Below are positions 1 to 12,200 of a stretch of 64,000 nt of DNA, piece by piece (position 1 is the first letter of the stretch; every line of letters begins with the position of its first letter). Below the pieces are notes generated by a model that ran no database searches, had not been told where the DNA came from, and saw only the letters and a list, made by a program, of their open reading frames with translations. The position numbers were made by a program, and so were the translations under genes. The DNA is from a virus (taxonomy: Duplodnaviria; Heunggongvirae; Uroviricota; Caudoviricetes), in the IMG/VR virus record IMGVR_UViG_3300042519_000302. One strand, written 5' to 3'.

Positions 1-3000
1 TAGAAGTTTTCCATTACAGACAACTTACCATCCCAAACAAGACTTTCTGCCATTGTCTTTCTAACAAATGGTAGGAAGAAAGATGATACAGAGTTTTGAA
101 TAAACCCTTCCTCATTGGCTTTCTTATTAATCTTACTTATAAAATTATATAATGCAAACAGCTCTGGATCACTCTTAATTTTTTTGTAATCAGCTGATTC
201 CCATTTACTTGCAGGATGTCTTTTAATAACATAGTTATTCCAACCATTAAAATCCTTTCTAGTTATATCATACTTACGACTCTCTTGAGAAATTGCTTTC
301 TCTTTCTTTTCTACAATCTCTATATTATCACCAGGAAACTGATCATTTATACGTTTGATGTTTCTTTCTAATATACCATCTGCTTCTTTTTTATAAGCAT
401 CCATATCAATGTTAGCCCTAAGCCATGTTATATCTCCACCTGCATTAGCTTTAGCATCAACCTCTTCAAAGAACTTCTTATCGTATTTGTAAACAAGTTT
501 GTTTATCACTTCTCCTTTGTCATCCTTTTGATATACTTGCTTAATAGTTTTTCTAATGTCTCCACCTTTTTTAACAAACATTTCTCTAATATCCATTAGT
601 TCTTTGATCTCTTCTAGAGAATCAGCGTTAGCATTAGTTCTAGATTGTCTATTTAATTTAGCAAGTATGTTCAAAGACCTTTGTCCAAGATCTTCCAATC
701 CTCTAAAGTTAGAAGATACTCCTTTTGTAACAGCTTCAGGTTTTGTTAAACCTGTTGTTAAATTTCTTTGACCTATATGTTTGTCAGCAAATTTAAATGC
801 AATGTCTATAAGTTCTTGCTTAGACTTGTAAATATTCTTAGCTTCCTTTTCAAGGTTAGTTCTTAGTTCTTTTAACTCATTAAGTAATTTTTTATCTTCA
901 TCAGTTTTTACATCTATCTCCATTTCAGGAGTGTATATAAGATCACCAATTTGTGCATCCACTCTATCAAAGATTTCAGCAGTCTCTATATAGTTTCTTA
1001 ATTCTCCTGCAAATTCAGACAACTCTTCATTAGTAGAATCTTCAGAAGAAGCATCTCTATCTTTGAACAAGGTGTCATAAGTGTTAATAAGTTGTTCTCC
1101 CTTAGCCCTAGTTGTTAGAATTACATTGATTAATTCAGAAATATTACCTGTTCCTTGTGCAATACGAATAGCTCTTTTAAGTTCCATCATACGAGCATAC
1201 TTGAACTGACGTTCTTCTTCATCAACCTCTTGACCTGCTATACGCTCATATAATGTATTTAACTTTGCTAAATATTTATCAAGTTTTTCAAAACCAGTTG
1301 ATTCTGTTTTCTCAGATACAGGAAGTAATCTTAAGTCTGTAATCTCTTTGGGATTTACAGAGCCAATTGATATACCTTTAATGACTTGCTCAGATGACCC
1401 ATCTGATTTATTCTCTGTCTTAATATTAAGCATTATAGGAATAGCTCTAGTCATACCAAAGCTCTTAACTCCATAATAGTTACGTAAAATATCTTTGTAA
1501 GTTCCTAGTTGTATATCATATGCTCCTTGTTTAAACCAAGCTACATCGTCTGAGTCATCTGCAAATTGTAAAAACTTCCAGTCTAATATATGTGCTTTAC
1601 CACTTGGTTCAATAGCTAAGAAGTCAAGTGTACCAGCTTCTTTATCTTTAGGATTGTATATAATTACCTCAGCTCTAATGATTGTATCTTTCTCAAAACT
1701 ATCAATTAGTTTTACATAATACTTTTCAAGAAGTTGATACATCTGTTTAGACTCTAAGTTGTAAGTGGTTGGAGCATCTATAGGTTTTACTCTTCTAGTT
1801 CCATCTTCATTAAAGAATCTATGATGAATATCCTCAAGATCCTGATGTCCTTTAACACCAAACTTTCTTTTTAATTCATTAAAAGTCTTCTCCTGTTCAG
1901 TGAATACTTTACCAGGGAATCTCTTTTTATACCAAGCTTTCACTCTATCAGTAACTCTCTTAGGCACTGTTTCATTGGTACCATCAGGTTTCTGAGCCTC
2001 ATAATAGTTACTTGCTTCTTCTGAGTCTAATAAAATAGGATCTACTTCAGACTGATCTTTATAAACTTTAGTTACAATATCTTTAGTTTGATCTAAGCTA
2101 TCTGTAATTTTCTTCTGAGCATCAGATAGTTGGAAGAATATACCTCCTTGTTTGATGTCAGCTATGTCACCACTAATATCTCCTGATCCTATTTGAGAAG
2201 CTACCTCTGTAAATATATCAATGTTTGCTTTGGTATAAATACCATTAATAAAATCAAGAATGGTATTCCATAAACCTCTTACAAAAGACTGGTTAACTTC
2301 TTCTCTTAGTTCAGGGAATTGATCTGTGTTCTCCATTTGGTTAACAATCAATTCAGTGATTAACTTATCTACAGCTTCCTTCTTTATCTTACGAATATCA
2401 GGTTTGCCATTAGGAAGTGTGTAAGTGTCTTTATATGTATCATATGTTTCTTTATAGATTTTAAATCTATCTATCTTAGAAATCATCTGAGTGATTAAAG
2501 CAGGATTGGTTTGCTCTATCATAGCTGTAGCTATGTGTACCATCTCCTCTGTTAAAGCTTGTCCTTCTTGTTGATTAGCAATAGCTATGACACCTCTACT
2601 AAGATCTGCTACTCCTGTCTTACCTTTTACATCAAGTTCTACACTCTTTGCATAGGTGTATAAGTCTTCTATACTAACTCCCATCTTAGCAAGTACTTCT
2701 TTTATCTTACTTACAGTCTGTGGAGAAGCAATAGAACTTGCCATGTTCTTATCTTGGAAGTAAACACTTGTTGGATCAAAGCTGTATTTAATACCACCCT
2801 CAATAAACTGTACATTGTATGCACCTAGTTCTTCAAGTTCTTGTCTTCTTGCTACCTTACGTGCTACTCCTCCTTCTCCTCCAGCAATAGCTTCTGTTCT
2901 CACTTGTGTATTATCATAACCACCTTTGTCAATAGCAAATGATCCTTCATTAAGTACAGACTTAATCTGATTAGGTCCAGGTGTTACTATATCTGATTGA

Positions 3001-3251
3001 AACTTATCACCATATACTATTAATGGTTCACCATTCTCATCTATCACTTTAGAACCTTTTCCTCTTTCCCAATCACCAAACCAATTCTTAAATGAGTCAG
3101 TATATACCTGTGCCCATAGACGTAGAGCTTGCTCTTTGTCTTTTACAAGATCTTGTAATGTACTATACAGAGTAGAAGGCTGCCCATTAGGAGCCTCTAC
3201 TCTTTCAATTACACCATTATCATCATTTCTAAATACTTGACATTCAGCCAT
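1..3251 (-). CDS. N-terminal ~1083 aa of another very large virion/ejection protein. The start codon is at 3249-3251 and the ORF runs off the window's left edge, so it is partial. It has a PD-(D/E)xK-like 'LDFLAIE...ILDWKF' segment around 1440-1580.
   Basis: I translated the minus strand by hand from the ATG at 3251 and it is open to position 1 with protein-like composition. The ORF track shows no competing ORF in 772-3262. Gene density and strand match the flanking operon. A partial ORF like this would be missed by a complete-ORF finder. Confidence 0.6.
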   Translation of the reverse strand, partial: MAECQVFRNDDNGVIERVEAPNGQPSTLYSTLQDLVKDKEQALRLWAQVYTDSFKNWFGDWERGKGSKVIDENGEPLIVYGDKFQSDIVTPGPNQIKSVLNEGSFAIDKGGYDNTQVRTEAIAGGEGGVARKVARRQELEELGAYNVQFIEGGIKYSFDPTSVYFQDKNMASSIASPQTVSKIKEVLAKMGVSIEDLYTYAKSVELDVKGKTGVADLSRGVIAIANQQEGQALTEEMVHIATAMIEQTNPALITQMISKIDRFKIYKETYDTYKDTYTLPNGKPDIRKIKKEAVDKLITELIVNQMENTDQFPELREEVNQSFVRGLWNTILDFINGIYTKANIDIFTEVASQIGSGDISGDIADIKQGGIFFQLSDAQKKITDSLDQTKDIVTKVYKDQSEVDPILLDSEEASNYYEAQKPDGTNETVPKRVTDRVKAWYKKRFPGKVFTEQEKTFNELKRKFGVKGHQDLEDIHHRFFNEDGTRRVKPIDAPTTYNLESKQMYQLLEKYYVKLIDSFEKDTIIRAEVIIYNPKDKEAGTLDFLAIEPSGKAHILDWKFLQFADDSDDVAWFKQGAYDIQLGTYKDILRNYYGVKSFGMTRAIPIMLNIKTENKSDGSSEQVIKGISIGSVNPKEITDLRLLPVSEKTESTGFEKLDKYLAKLNTLYERIAGQEVDEEERQFKYARMMELKRAIRIAQGTGNISELINVILTTRAKGEQLINTYDTLFKDRDASSEDSTNEELSEFAGELRNYIETAEIFDRVDAQIGDLIYTPEMEIDVKTDEDKKLLNELKELRTNLEKEAKNIYKSKQELIDIAFKFADKHIGQRNLTTGLTKPEAVTKGVSSNFRGLEDLGQRSLNILAKLNRQSRTNANADSLEEIKELMDIREMFVKKGGDIRKTIKQVYQKDDKGEVINKLVYKYDKKFFEEVDAKANAGGDITWLRANIDMDAYKKEADGILERNIKRINDQFPGDNIEIVEKKEKAISQESRKYDITRKDFNGWNNYVIKRHPASKWESADYKKIKSDPELFALYNFISKINKKANEEGFIQNSVSSFFLPFVRKTMAESLVWDGKLSVMENF

Positions 3252-3262
3252 TTGGATTAATT

Positions 3263-6200
3263 TTATGATTTTTTACAGCGTCCATCTTTTTTATTTAACA
3301 CGTCATCTATCTCTGATGCTTCTACAGGAGGAGTTTTTTGAGTGCTCATAAATGCTGAAGCAATAGCTTCATCACTAGCTTCTTTCACCTTCATAAAGCC
3401 ATTATCAATTTTAGATTGGTTAGCTCCATCATAGAACTCATTGGCTCTGAAACTATCACCCCAAGCATTGATTGCTTTATAAACAATGAACTCATATCCT
3501 TTTCTATTATATGTAATCAAAGGATCAACACCATTTTCTGTTACTTTCTTAAACAATCCTTTCTTGATAAAAGAAAAGTCTGATGCTTTGACCATCTCTG
3601 CTCTTGTCTTTCCTTTAGGTATTTCTTCCCAACTATATACAATAATATCCTTAGTACTCTCTCTAGACAACGTTGATATCTTTATAAGTTGAGGTATGGT
3701 ACCTGCTTTCATTGCAATGTTTGCACCAGTGTTTAATATCTTTATTGCTCCATTATCATATCTAGTTTTTAATTTACCATCATCTTGTTTCTCTGTTTTC
3801 CATTGTGCTTTCTTATGTGGAACAATCTCATCATCATTCCAATTGTTTCTTTCAAAAACATTCAATGTAGCAAAGTCCTCTAAGTTAGGTAAAGTTTCTA
3901 ACCTAGACAAAATTTCATTGTATTCTTCTACAAAATCATCATATGGAATAAGAGATGTAAAAGAGATGGGAGATGTAGATAATCCAGATTGTAATATAGC
4001 AAGCTTTACTAGCTTCTTGTACAAAGGAAGATCACCTGTAGAATCCATGTAGTTTCTCAATTCTTCAAAGCCATATATTACTTTGTTCTGATCATACACT
4101 TTATTGTCCTTACCTGTCATATACAAGTTGTTAGGACGTTCTTCTTCTGCCCCTGAAAATTTAGGAGCTAAAGAATTTATAATAACATTATTATGTAAAA
4201 CATGCTCAGGATCATTCTTTATCTTATTAAAGTAATCTGTAATCTGTTTAGCTGTACCATTCTTAGATAACAGGTCTCTTTCCATATTGATCTTAAATGT
4301 TGGGTCAATTTGTACAGCCCAGTCAAAAAGATCATTAACTGCCTTTCTAGCCACCTTAACAAATTGTCTATCAGCCATATTAACATATGGTCTTAGTACA
4401 CGTTGAAGTACAGCTCTTACTCTTCTTGTATCAGAAGTTAAAACTGTATTACCAATAGCATTTCTACTATCACGCAAACCTATTCTAACTCTACCTATAA
4501 AAGAGTTATTTAGTAAGTTGTCTACAGAAGATATCATTGTTTCTCTAGCTTGAGATAACTGCTCTTCTTTCTTAAAGATTAACATTGGGTCATTGAATGA
4601 CGTAGTATCAAAGTTAGATCCTTGCACCACCTTAAACAATTGATTAGCCATCATGCCATACTTCAAGAACTCGTTTAATATGAATTGTTGTTCAGCTTTT
4701 CCAGCAACATCAAAAGACTTCTTACCTATGTTCTTCTCAAGATTAGTAAGATTAGGAATACTATTTAACCCTTGCAACTTGCTTTGGTCCACTTTATATT
4801 TCTCAGATTCTTTAATGGTAGTTACAGTGGAGTCATTAAATAACCAAGTGTATCCACTGTTTTCTAGTTCACGTACATAATCACGAATGATTGGTTGATT
4901 CATAAAGTAGGCAACCTCTTTAATTGGAACACCAATCTTAACTAAGAACAACCACGTAGGAGCTACGTTAGGGTTTGCACCTAATTCCATAATCCAAGGT
5001 CCCTTAGCAATATCCACATATCCATCAATGAACATACCAATAATATCAGATATGTCATTCTTGTTGTTAGCATCTTTAATACCAGATAGACTAGGAACTG
5101 TTCTACTACCAACCTTCACTGTATTGTATTTACCAAACTTAACAATACCATCTCCTAACCACTTTCTGTCAGACTTACTTAATTTAGACATTAATGATCT
5201 ATCAACATACATATTAGAACGTTGATTCTGAGCATGATTAGTTTGAGCTACAGCAGCAAGACCAATAGCATATTTACCACGTACAAATGCTTGTCTAAGT
5301 CTAGACATAAATATCTGATTCAACATATTGTCAGTAGAAGAATAATCAAATGAACCAAGACCTAACTTGTCTGTGATATCAATTGACATGTCTTTTAACA
5401 ACTTAGCATTATTTGGTGTAACTAATCTAGTATAGTTAGCCTCACTTCCAATGATGTTTTCAAGAGATTGAACGTATTGGTTCTCAATAGACTTCTTGTA
5501 TAACAGATTGATTATTTGATCTTTAGCTTTGATGCCTTTAGTAAATTCTTCTGTGATTTCAGTTTCATTAACAAGGCCATTTAAGTTTCCAATCATTGCT
5601 GTAATTAACTTACTTGCATTAGACTTCTCTTGAATCAGGTCTTCTAATAAAACTCTTTCCTCTGCTATGTATCTATCAAGCTCTTGTAATTGCTCTGAAC
5701 TTAAGAACTCTCCTTTATCAAACATTTCTTCAAACTTCTTGATAGCATCCTTTCCTATTCCAAAGTATGGAATCAATTTAGGTTTACCATCTTTCCCTTT
5801 GTAGATGTTCTTGAAATACATAGATAACTTATCTATATCAAAGTCAGATCCAACCTTCTGAACCAATGCAGCTGGTACAACAACAGAGTCTCCAAACTCC
5901 TTAGGAAGGAACTTAGCTATCTTAATTACATCCACAGAGTTTTGCTTCTGTGTAGGAATACGAAACGCTACACCCTTTAATAATGCCTGACCTTCTGGAG
6001 TATCATTTAAATATGTCAATAATTCTTCATCAGACATGTCACTATCAAACCATCTTCCCACCATCACTTCAGCTACACGCTCTCCACCTTTCTCATAAAA
6101 CTTTAATACATTTGATTCATATAATCCATTCTTTCCTACAGGTCTTACTGATTCAAATAGTGTAGAAGGAATCTGTACTTTCAATCCACCATTAATCTTA

Positions 6201-9200
6201 GGACGTACAATGTTCTTATCTACTATAGAGTAAAGAATGTTTCTCACTTGACTGTACATAGGACTAGCTTCAATTAACACTTGACCTTTCTCAAAGCCTA
6301 CAAGTGCAGCCACTATGTTACGATTCACTTCTCTTTTAAATAACTCAGAACGTAATGTCTTAGCTATCTTTTCAGGATCTAAAATTTCAAATCCTTGTTT
6401 AGTTTGTTTGATACCTAACTTATCAAGAAGGTTTTGATAACCTATACTAGCCATTTCTTCTAGCAAGTCTTGGTTTTCCAAGATCTGTTTGAATAATGGA
6501 GATGCATCAGACATAGCTTTTTCATCTTCAAGTGCTTCCCAAGCTTCTAAACGCTTATTAAAATCTTTCTCAGTGGGCATAAAGTCAATAGGTACACCAG
6601 CTTGTAAAAAGTCTAACGTCACTAACTTAGTAATCTGAGAACCTCTTGTTACAATAGCTTCATCTTTAGAAGGCACCTCAGATTGTACACTTATAATACT
6701 AAATGGTACATTAATCTTATCTGCCTTTTTAATAGCACTATCATTAAAATTACCTTGTTCATCATATAACTTAATCAACTTATCAGCACCCACCTTTCTA
6801 CCACTATCAAACACAGCATAATCAATATCAGCTTCTTGCATCTTGTTGTATAACTTGATAGCATTTGAATCTTTATTGATTTCATGTAACACTCTGTAAC
6901 TCAATGGATAAAGGGCAAACTTATCTAATACAACATCATTGTAAGACTTGCTGCTCATCTTAGCTCCAGCTACAATTGGTTTTAATGGAGTGTAGGCACT
7001 CTTCACTTGTGGATTACCTTCTTCTAATAAGTTTAATTCATCATCAGATAGATCTTTTCCCTTCTCTCTTTTTTCAAAGGCAACATCATATCTGTATTGT
7101 CTTTCTTCATTAGAGTTCCAGTTTGCAGCACGTATTCTAAAGTTGCGATAGGCCTTCATAGTAATCATACCACCACCATCAGTTTCAGTGAATGATGAAT
7201 ACTCTTTACTAAATCCTTCTACATCTGCTATACCTTTGACATCATCTAATGTGATTGTTTTGAAATAGTCATCTGTGAATTTAGTAAATCCAATATCTTT
7301 AACATCAGTGTATCCTTCATTATATACATTATTCATTGCAGCATTTAAACCTGCTGAACCATATATAATAGCCTGACGTGGAGATAGGAAACTCTTAATA
7401 CGTTTTAATTCATCCTTATAGAAATATGGATCTGAGTATACAAGTTTATGTAACTCTATGTTATTAATCATGTAGTTAACAGCTAAGTACTTGATGTTTA
7501 CATCAACATTATTCTCACTCAAAGCTGTTTTCTTTTCAAACTCTACACCATTGAAGTTAAATCCTGCATCATCTTCAGAAAGAATATTATAATTAGAATA
7601 AACAGTTTTTCTTCTTTCAACATCTCTTTTAACAAATGCATCTATAGCATTATTTATTCTTGGTTCAAATTGTGCATAAACCTCTTCAAGAGACTTGTCT
7701 TTCTTTGGATCATATGATATAACATCATCATGTAACTTTTGTCCTAATATGTTCTTGAAGAAACGTAAGTCTGTAGTCTTTCTAGTCTTATTCTCATCTT
7801 GTACAATCTTACGACCTTCTCTAGAAACAGCTAACTCTGATAGGAAATATCCTTTGAATATTCTATGTATTGGACTATTATCTTTCTTCAAGCTATTCAA
7901 AGTGATATTGTTACCTACATAGTTTGCCCAATCCAAAGAGGCATCTCCTGGAACAAGGTTCATATAGTATCCTGCTAGGTTAAGATTTAATTCTTCCTTC
8001 AAACGTTCACTAGGTGTAAGACTAGATGGGTCTTTTCTTTTGCCAAGACCATCATCAATCATACCACCTGCATATGCTGTGGTCAAGATGTCATTACCTT
8101 TAGGTAGTTTATTTCCTGAATCCTTATCAAATATCTTGTCCATAAATACAGAACCAGTAGTAAAGTTGTCTGTAAGTAGGTATTCATATCTAGAACCAAC
8201 TAGTTGTTTCTTATTAGTTATCTTAGTTAAGAAGTCACGTAAGCTACTAATAGCATTACCACCTATGAAAGACTGCACCCTATCACCCTCAAGATTGAAA
8301 TAAGTACTTTCAAAGTCAGGGTTTTGAATCTTTGCAAGCATCTCAGCAATCTCTTTAACTCTACCAGCAGTGTTGATTGTCTTGCTAGAAATAAACTTAA
8401 TCTTCTCAGCTTCTAATAAGTTCTTTTTAATACCAGCTACAGCATTATTAAAATCAGTCTCAAATCCAAATTTTCTAATCATTCTAATAGGAATATCCAC
8501 TCCTAAAGACTTCATGAATGCTACACTTCTTTCTAATGTTCCTAAAGGTTGGCTTTCAACATTTTTCTTAATGCTTACGTACATTTTATTAGGAGCATCA
8601 TAACTATAGTATTTACCTAAGTTATTTTGTATAGAACTAATAATGCTACTTTCCATATCATTAGCAATTTGCTTAGATGCTGTACCAACAGACATGTCAG
8701 TTGTTACAACAGTTCCATCTGGAAGTGTATACACTGTAACTACATCAGGAGCTTGTCCTTTCATCACCTTATAGAAAGAATGAATCAATTGAAGATCTGC
8801 ATCAGTTTTTACATTAGCATAAGGATTCAATTTCTCAGAAGATGGTTGTCCTGTAAGTCTTTCATATATTACACCATACTCAGGCTTTTGAGATTCAACA
8901 AACTCACGTAGCTTTTCCATCATATCATCTGCTGTATCTGAGTTATATAAAGCATTCTTAAGGTCTACATACACCTTACTCATTGGTATTAACTTAACAC
9001 CATTGATTGAAGAAAGTTCTCTCTTACCTCTTGCGTTTCTATATGGAATAGTAGCTAACAACAACTTAATAGCAGCGTTAGCCTTCTTAAACATATCTAT
9101 TTTCTCTGACTCTTGATAGTCTCCTTTACCTGTATTATTCTCATTTGTCTTCTGAGTATCATCATTCTCATCAAATTCAATAGAATAAGATAACAATTGT

Positions 9201-12200
9201 TCTTCAAAGATATCAGTTATCTCATCCCAGTTCTTATCTATAATTGCAAACAACTGCTCAGCTTGTGCAACTTCAGGAGCCACATCTTCTTTTGATGCCT
9301 TTCCCTCATTAATCATTTTAGCAGCTACGTTCTTAATTTTACCAACAACAGTGTATCTAAGGTTATCTTTAGCATCTTTATATATTACAGCTCTGCTTTT
9401 AGAAGGGATGTCAAATAAGCTTTGGTTAGTAGCAATAAGATTTGTAAGAGTTGCATATGTCATTTGCTGAATGGTATCATGAACTTGTTCTCCTAAAAGA
9501 CCTTTAGCAATTAAACTATACTCACTAGTTGGATCACCTATAGCATCCTCAACATCAATAATACCTGGCTTAGCTAATGCTAACTTAGATTGGTATGGAG
9601 AAGCATTCTTATAATAACCCTCTCCTATTCTTTTGAATAACTCTTCTGTATTTCTTGCAGCCTGAGGCCCTAAGAAATACTCTTTAATGAAGTTTACCAA
9701 GTCACTAAACATCTTAACAATATAAGGTCTGCCATCAGTAGGCTTAGGTGGAATCTTCTTATCTAATACGTATTCTCTAAACTCCTCTGCTAGTTCTTCC
9801 TTAATTTGTCCAGGAGTTGCTTCTGAGTATTTAATGTCTTGTCCTGTAACTCTATCTGTAAAGCTACCTTTTCTATTCTTGAATTCATTTACAATAGCCT
9901 TGCGTTCTTTAGGATCAGAGAACATATTCCATATAGCATGAAACACTTCATGGTATGCTGTCCCAGCTTCTGCATTAGTGTATATATAGATAGCACCATT
10001 CTTATACATACCCCAAGCTTTCTTTCCTCCTGTAGCTTTGATAACATTCTTCACTCTGTATACAGGAACATTAGGTAGGTTAGCTTTTAACCATTGTTCT
10101 AACTTCTTCCAGTTTTCAGATTTAAATGTTCCTATTTGGTTTTCTAATATCTCACGTAAGTCTCCTTCTTCATCTTCTAATAAAGCTGCTTTGATAGCAC
10201 TGCTTTTTACAGCAGGGCCCTTTGTTGTAACTTGTGGTGGAGTCTTTTTACCACCTTCTAAAGCAGCTAGTTCTGAATTAAGTGCTTTTTCAGCTTTATC
10301 ATAATTTTTACCATCTTCTGTTTCTGGAGCAGCCCAAGAACCAGTAAAAGATGCAAGCCATTTTTGTATTTTTAATATAGTACTACTAGGTACATACTTT
10401 TTATATAAATTAATTACAGCTTCTTTTGTAGCAGCTTCCCCTGATTTATAACTACCGTCAGGTTGTTTCTCAGAAAATAAACTAATGTTACCTTTTCTAT
10501 CTACAGTAAGTAAAAATTCTTTACCAGTATCTCCTATTATTTCTAGTTCAATAAAAGTACCTTGTGCTGCCAAAGAACCTTTTATAGCAGCTTTCTTAGT
10601 TTCTATATCAGAAACTACAGGAGCTAGTGCTTCTTCATCCTCTATTACTATACTATCTGCATCTGCTTCATCAGGAATTGTAAAGCTGTCATCATCTTCT
10701 GTAGTGGTTATTTTCTTTACAGGAACATTTAATAAATTAGCAATAGGAGCCTTTAATGCCCTTCCAATTCCTTCTTTCTTAACACCTGTAGCAAGAATAG
10801 CTTTCTCAGCTTTATCTAAGTCTTCTCCTTTTAATATCTTGATACCCTTATCAATATCTCCTTGAGCTAATAGGTTACGATTAGCTATGAATGCTATCCT
10901 AGTTCCCTTTGGAGTAATAAATATATTCTTAGTCTTACCATCTAATACAAACTTTGAATTAGGTTTTTTCTCTATAGGAGCAACTTTTCCTTCTTCTCCT
11001 ATAACAATAGATTCATCATCATCTTCTTGAGTTACAACTGGTGCAGCTGGTTTAGCTTTAACTCCACCAGGAACTACACTCTTAGGCACAGTTCTAACCA
11101 CTTCTGTAATAGTAAAGTTATCAGCAGCATCCCTAAGTGTAAAGTATACACCCTCTCTATTAGTATCTTCAGGAGATTCTAAAGCAGCAATATCAGTAAA
11201 TAAAGGAATCTCATTAGCTGTTCTTCCTTCATCTGATAATAAATACGTTTGATAGTTTTCCCAATCTTTTGTTTGTGGAACACCATTCTCACCAATACCT
11301 ATGATTTCTTCATATGATAAATTATATTCATCTGTGTTTTGTACCTTTCTAGCATTAACATTGTTGTACATGTTTTGTAGAAGAGTGACAATTGAGTTTT
11401 CCTGAGTTTCCATTCCTTGTGGTGTGAAAGAAAGACTCTCACCTTTACCAGAGAAGAATAATCTTAACTCACCATCTTCTCTTTCAAACCATATACTATT
11501 ATAGCCAGGGTCTTTACCTTCTCTAGGTTTACCCCAGAAAGTAACACTTCTTAACCAGTCAATTAAGTATTCACTTCTAGCTTCTACACCTTTATCATCA
11601 AATACATTTTTAGATAGTTGATTAAGAACTTTATATATAGTGGTAGCTTCTTTGCTATTAAACTTTCTATTCTTTAACTTAACATAAGCATTATCTAATA
11701 CTAAGAATACTCTACCAAGTACATCTGTAAACTCTGTACTTCCTTTACTAATATCTTTTGTAACAGTAGGCACTTCAATTAACTGCTTCTCAATCAAGTC
11801 TTTATCTTCAATCAAACCTGCAGCTTTTACAGACACAGCAGCATTTGGATCTGTAACCTTTTTACCTTCAGCTAATGTAACAGTCACTCTTGTAGGTCTT
11901 CCAAAAGAAGGAGTAATTGATTGTAAGCTAACATCAGGACTTTTTAATGTTTCTTTTCTCCAAGCAATGTATTGTTCTTTTAACTCTTTTCTAGTTTGTT
12001 CAGGAGTGTTGTTTCTAAACATTGTTTCATTTCCAAAATCAGGACCCCATTGTAAACTTTCATCAGGCATCACTTGGAATACAGCATTCTCTAACTTATC
12101 TTGACCTTCTGCAAGAGGTTGACCATTCTGACCTACTAATTTAAAATTACCATTACCTTGATCCTCAACCATTACTAATGCAATAGTTTTAGTTGGATCT

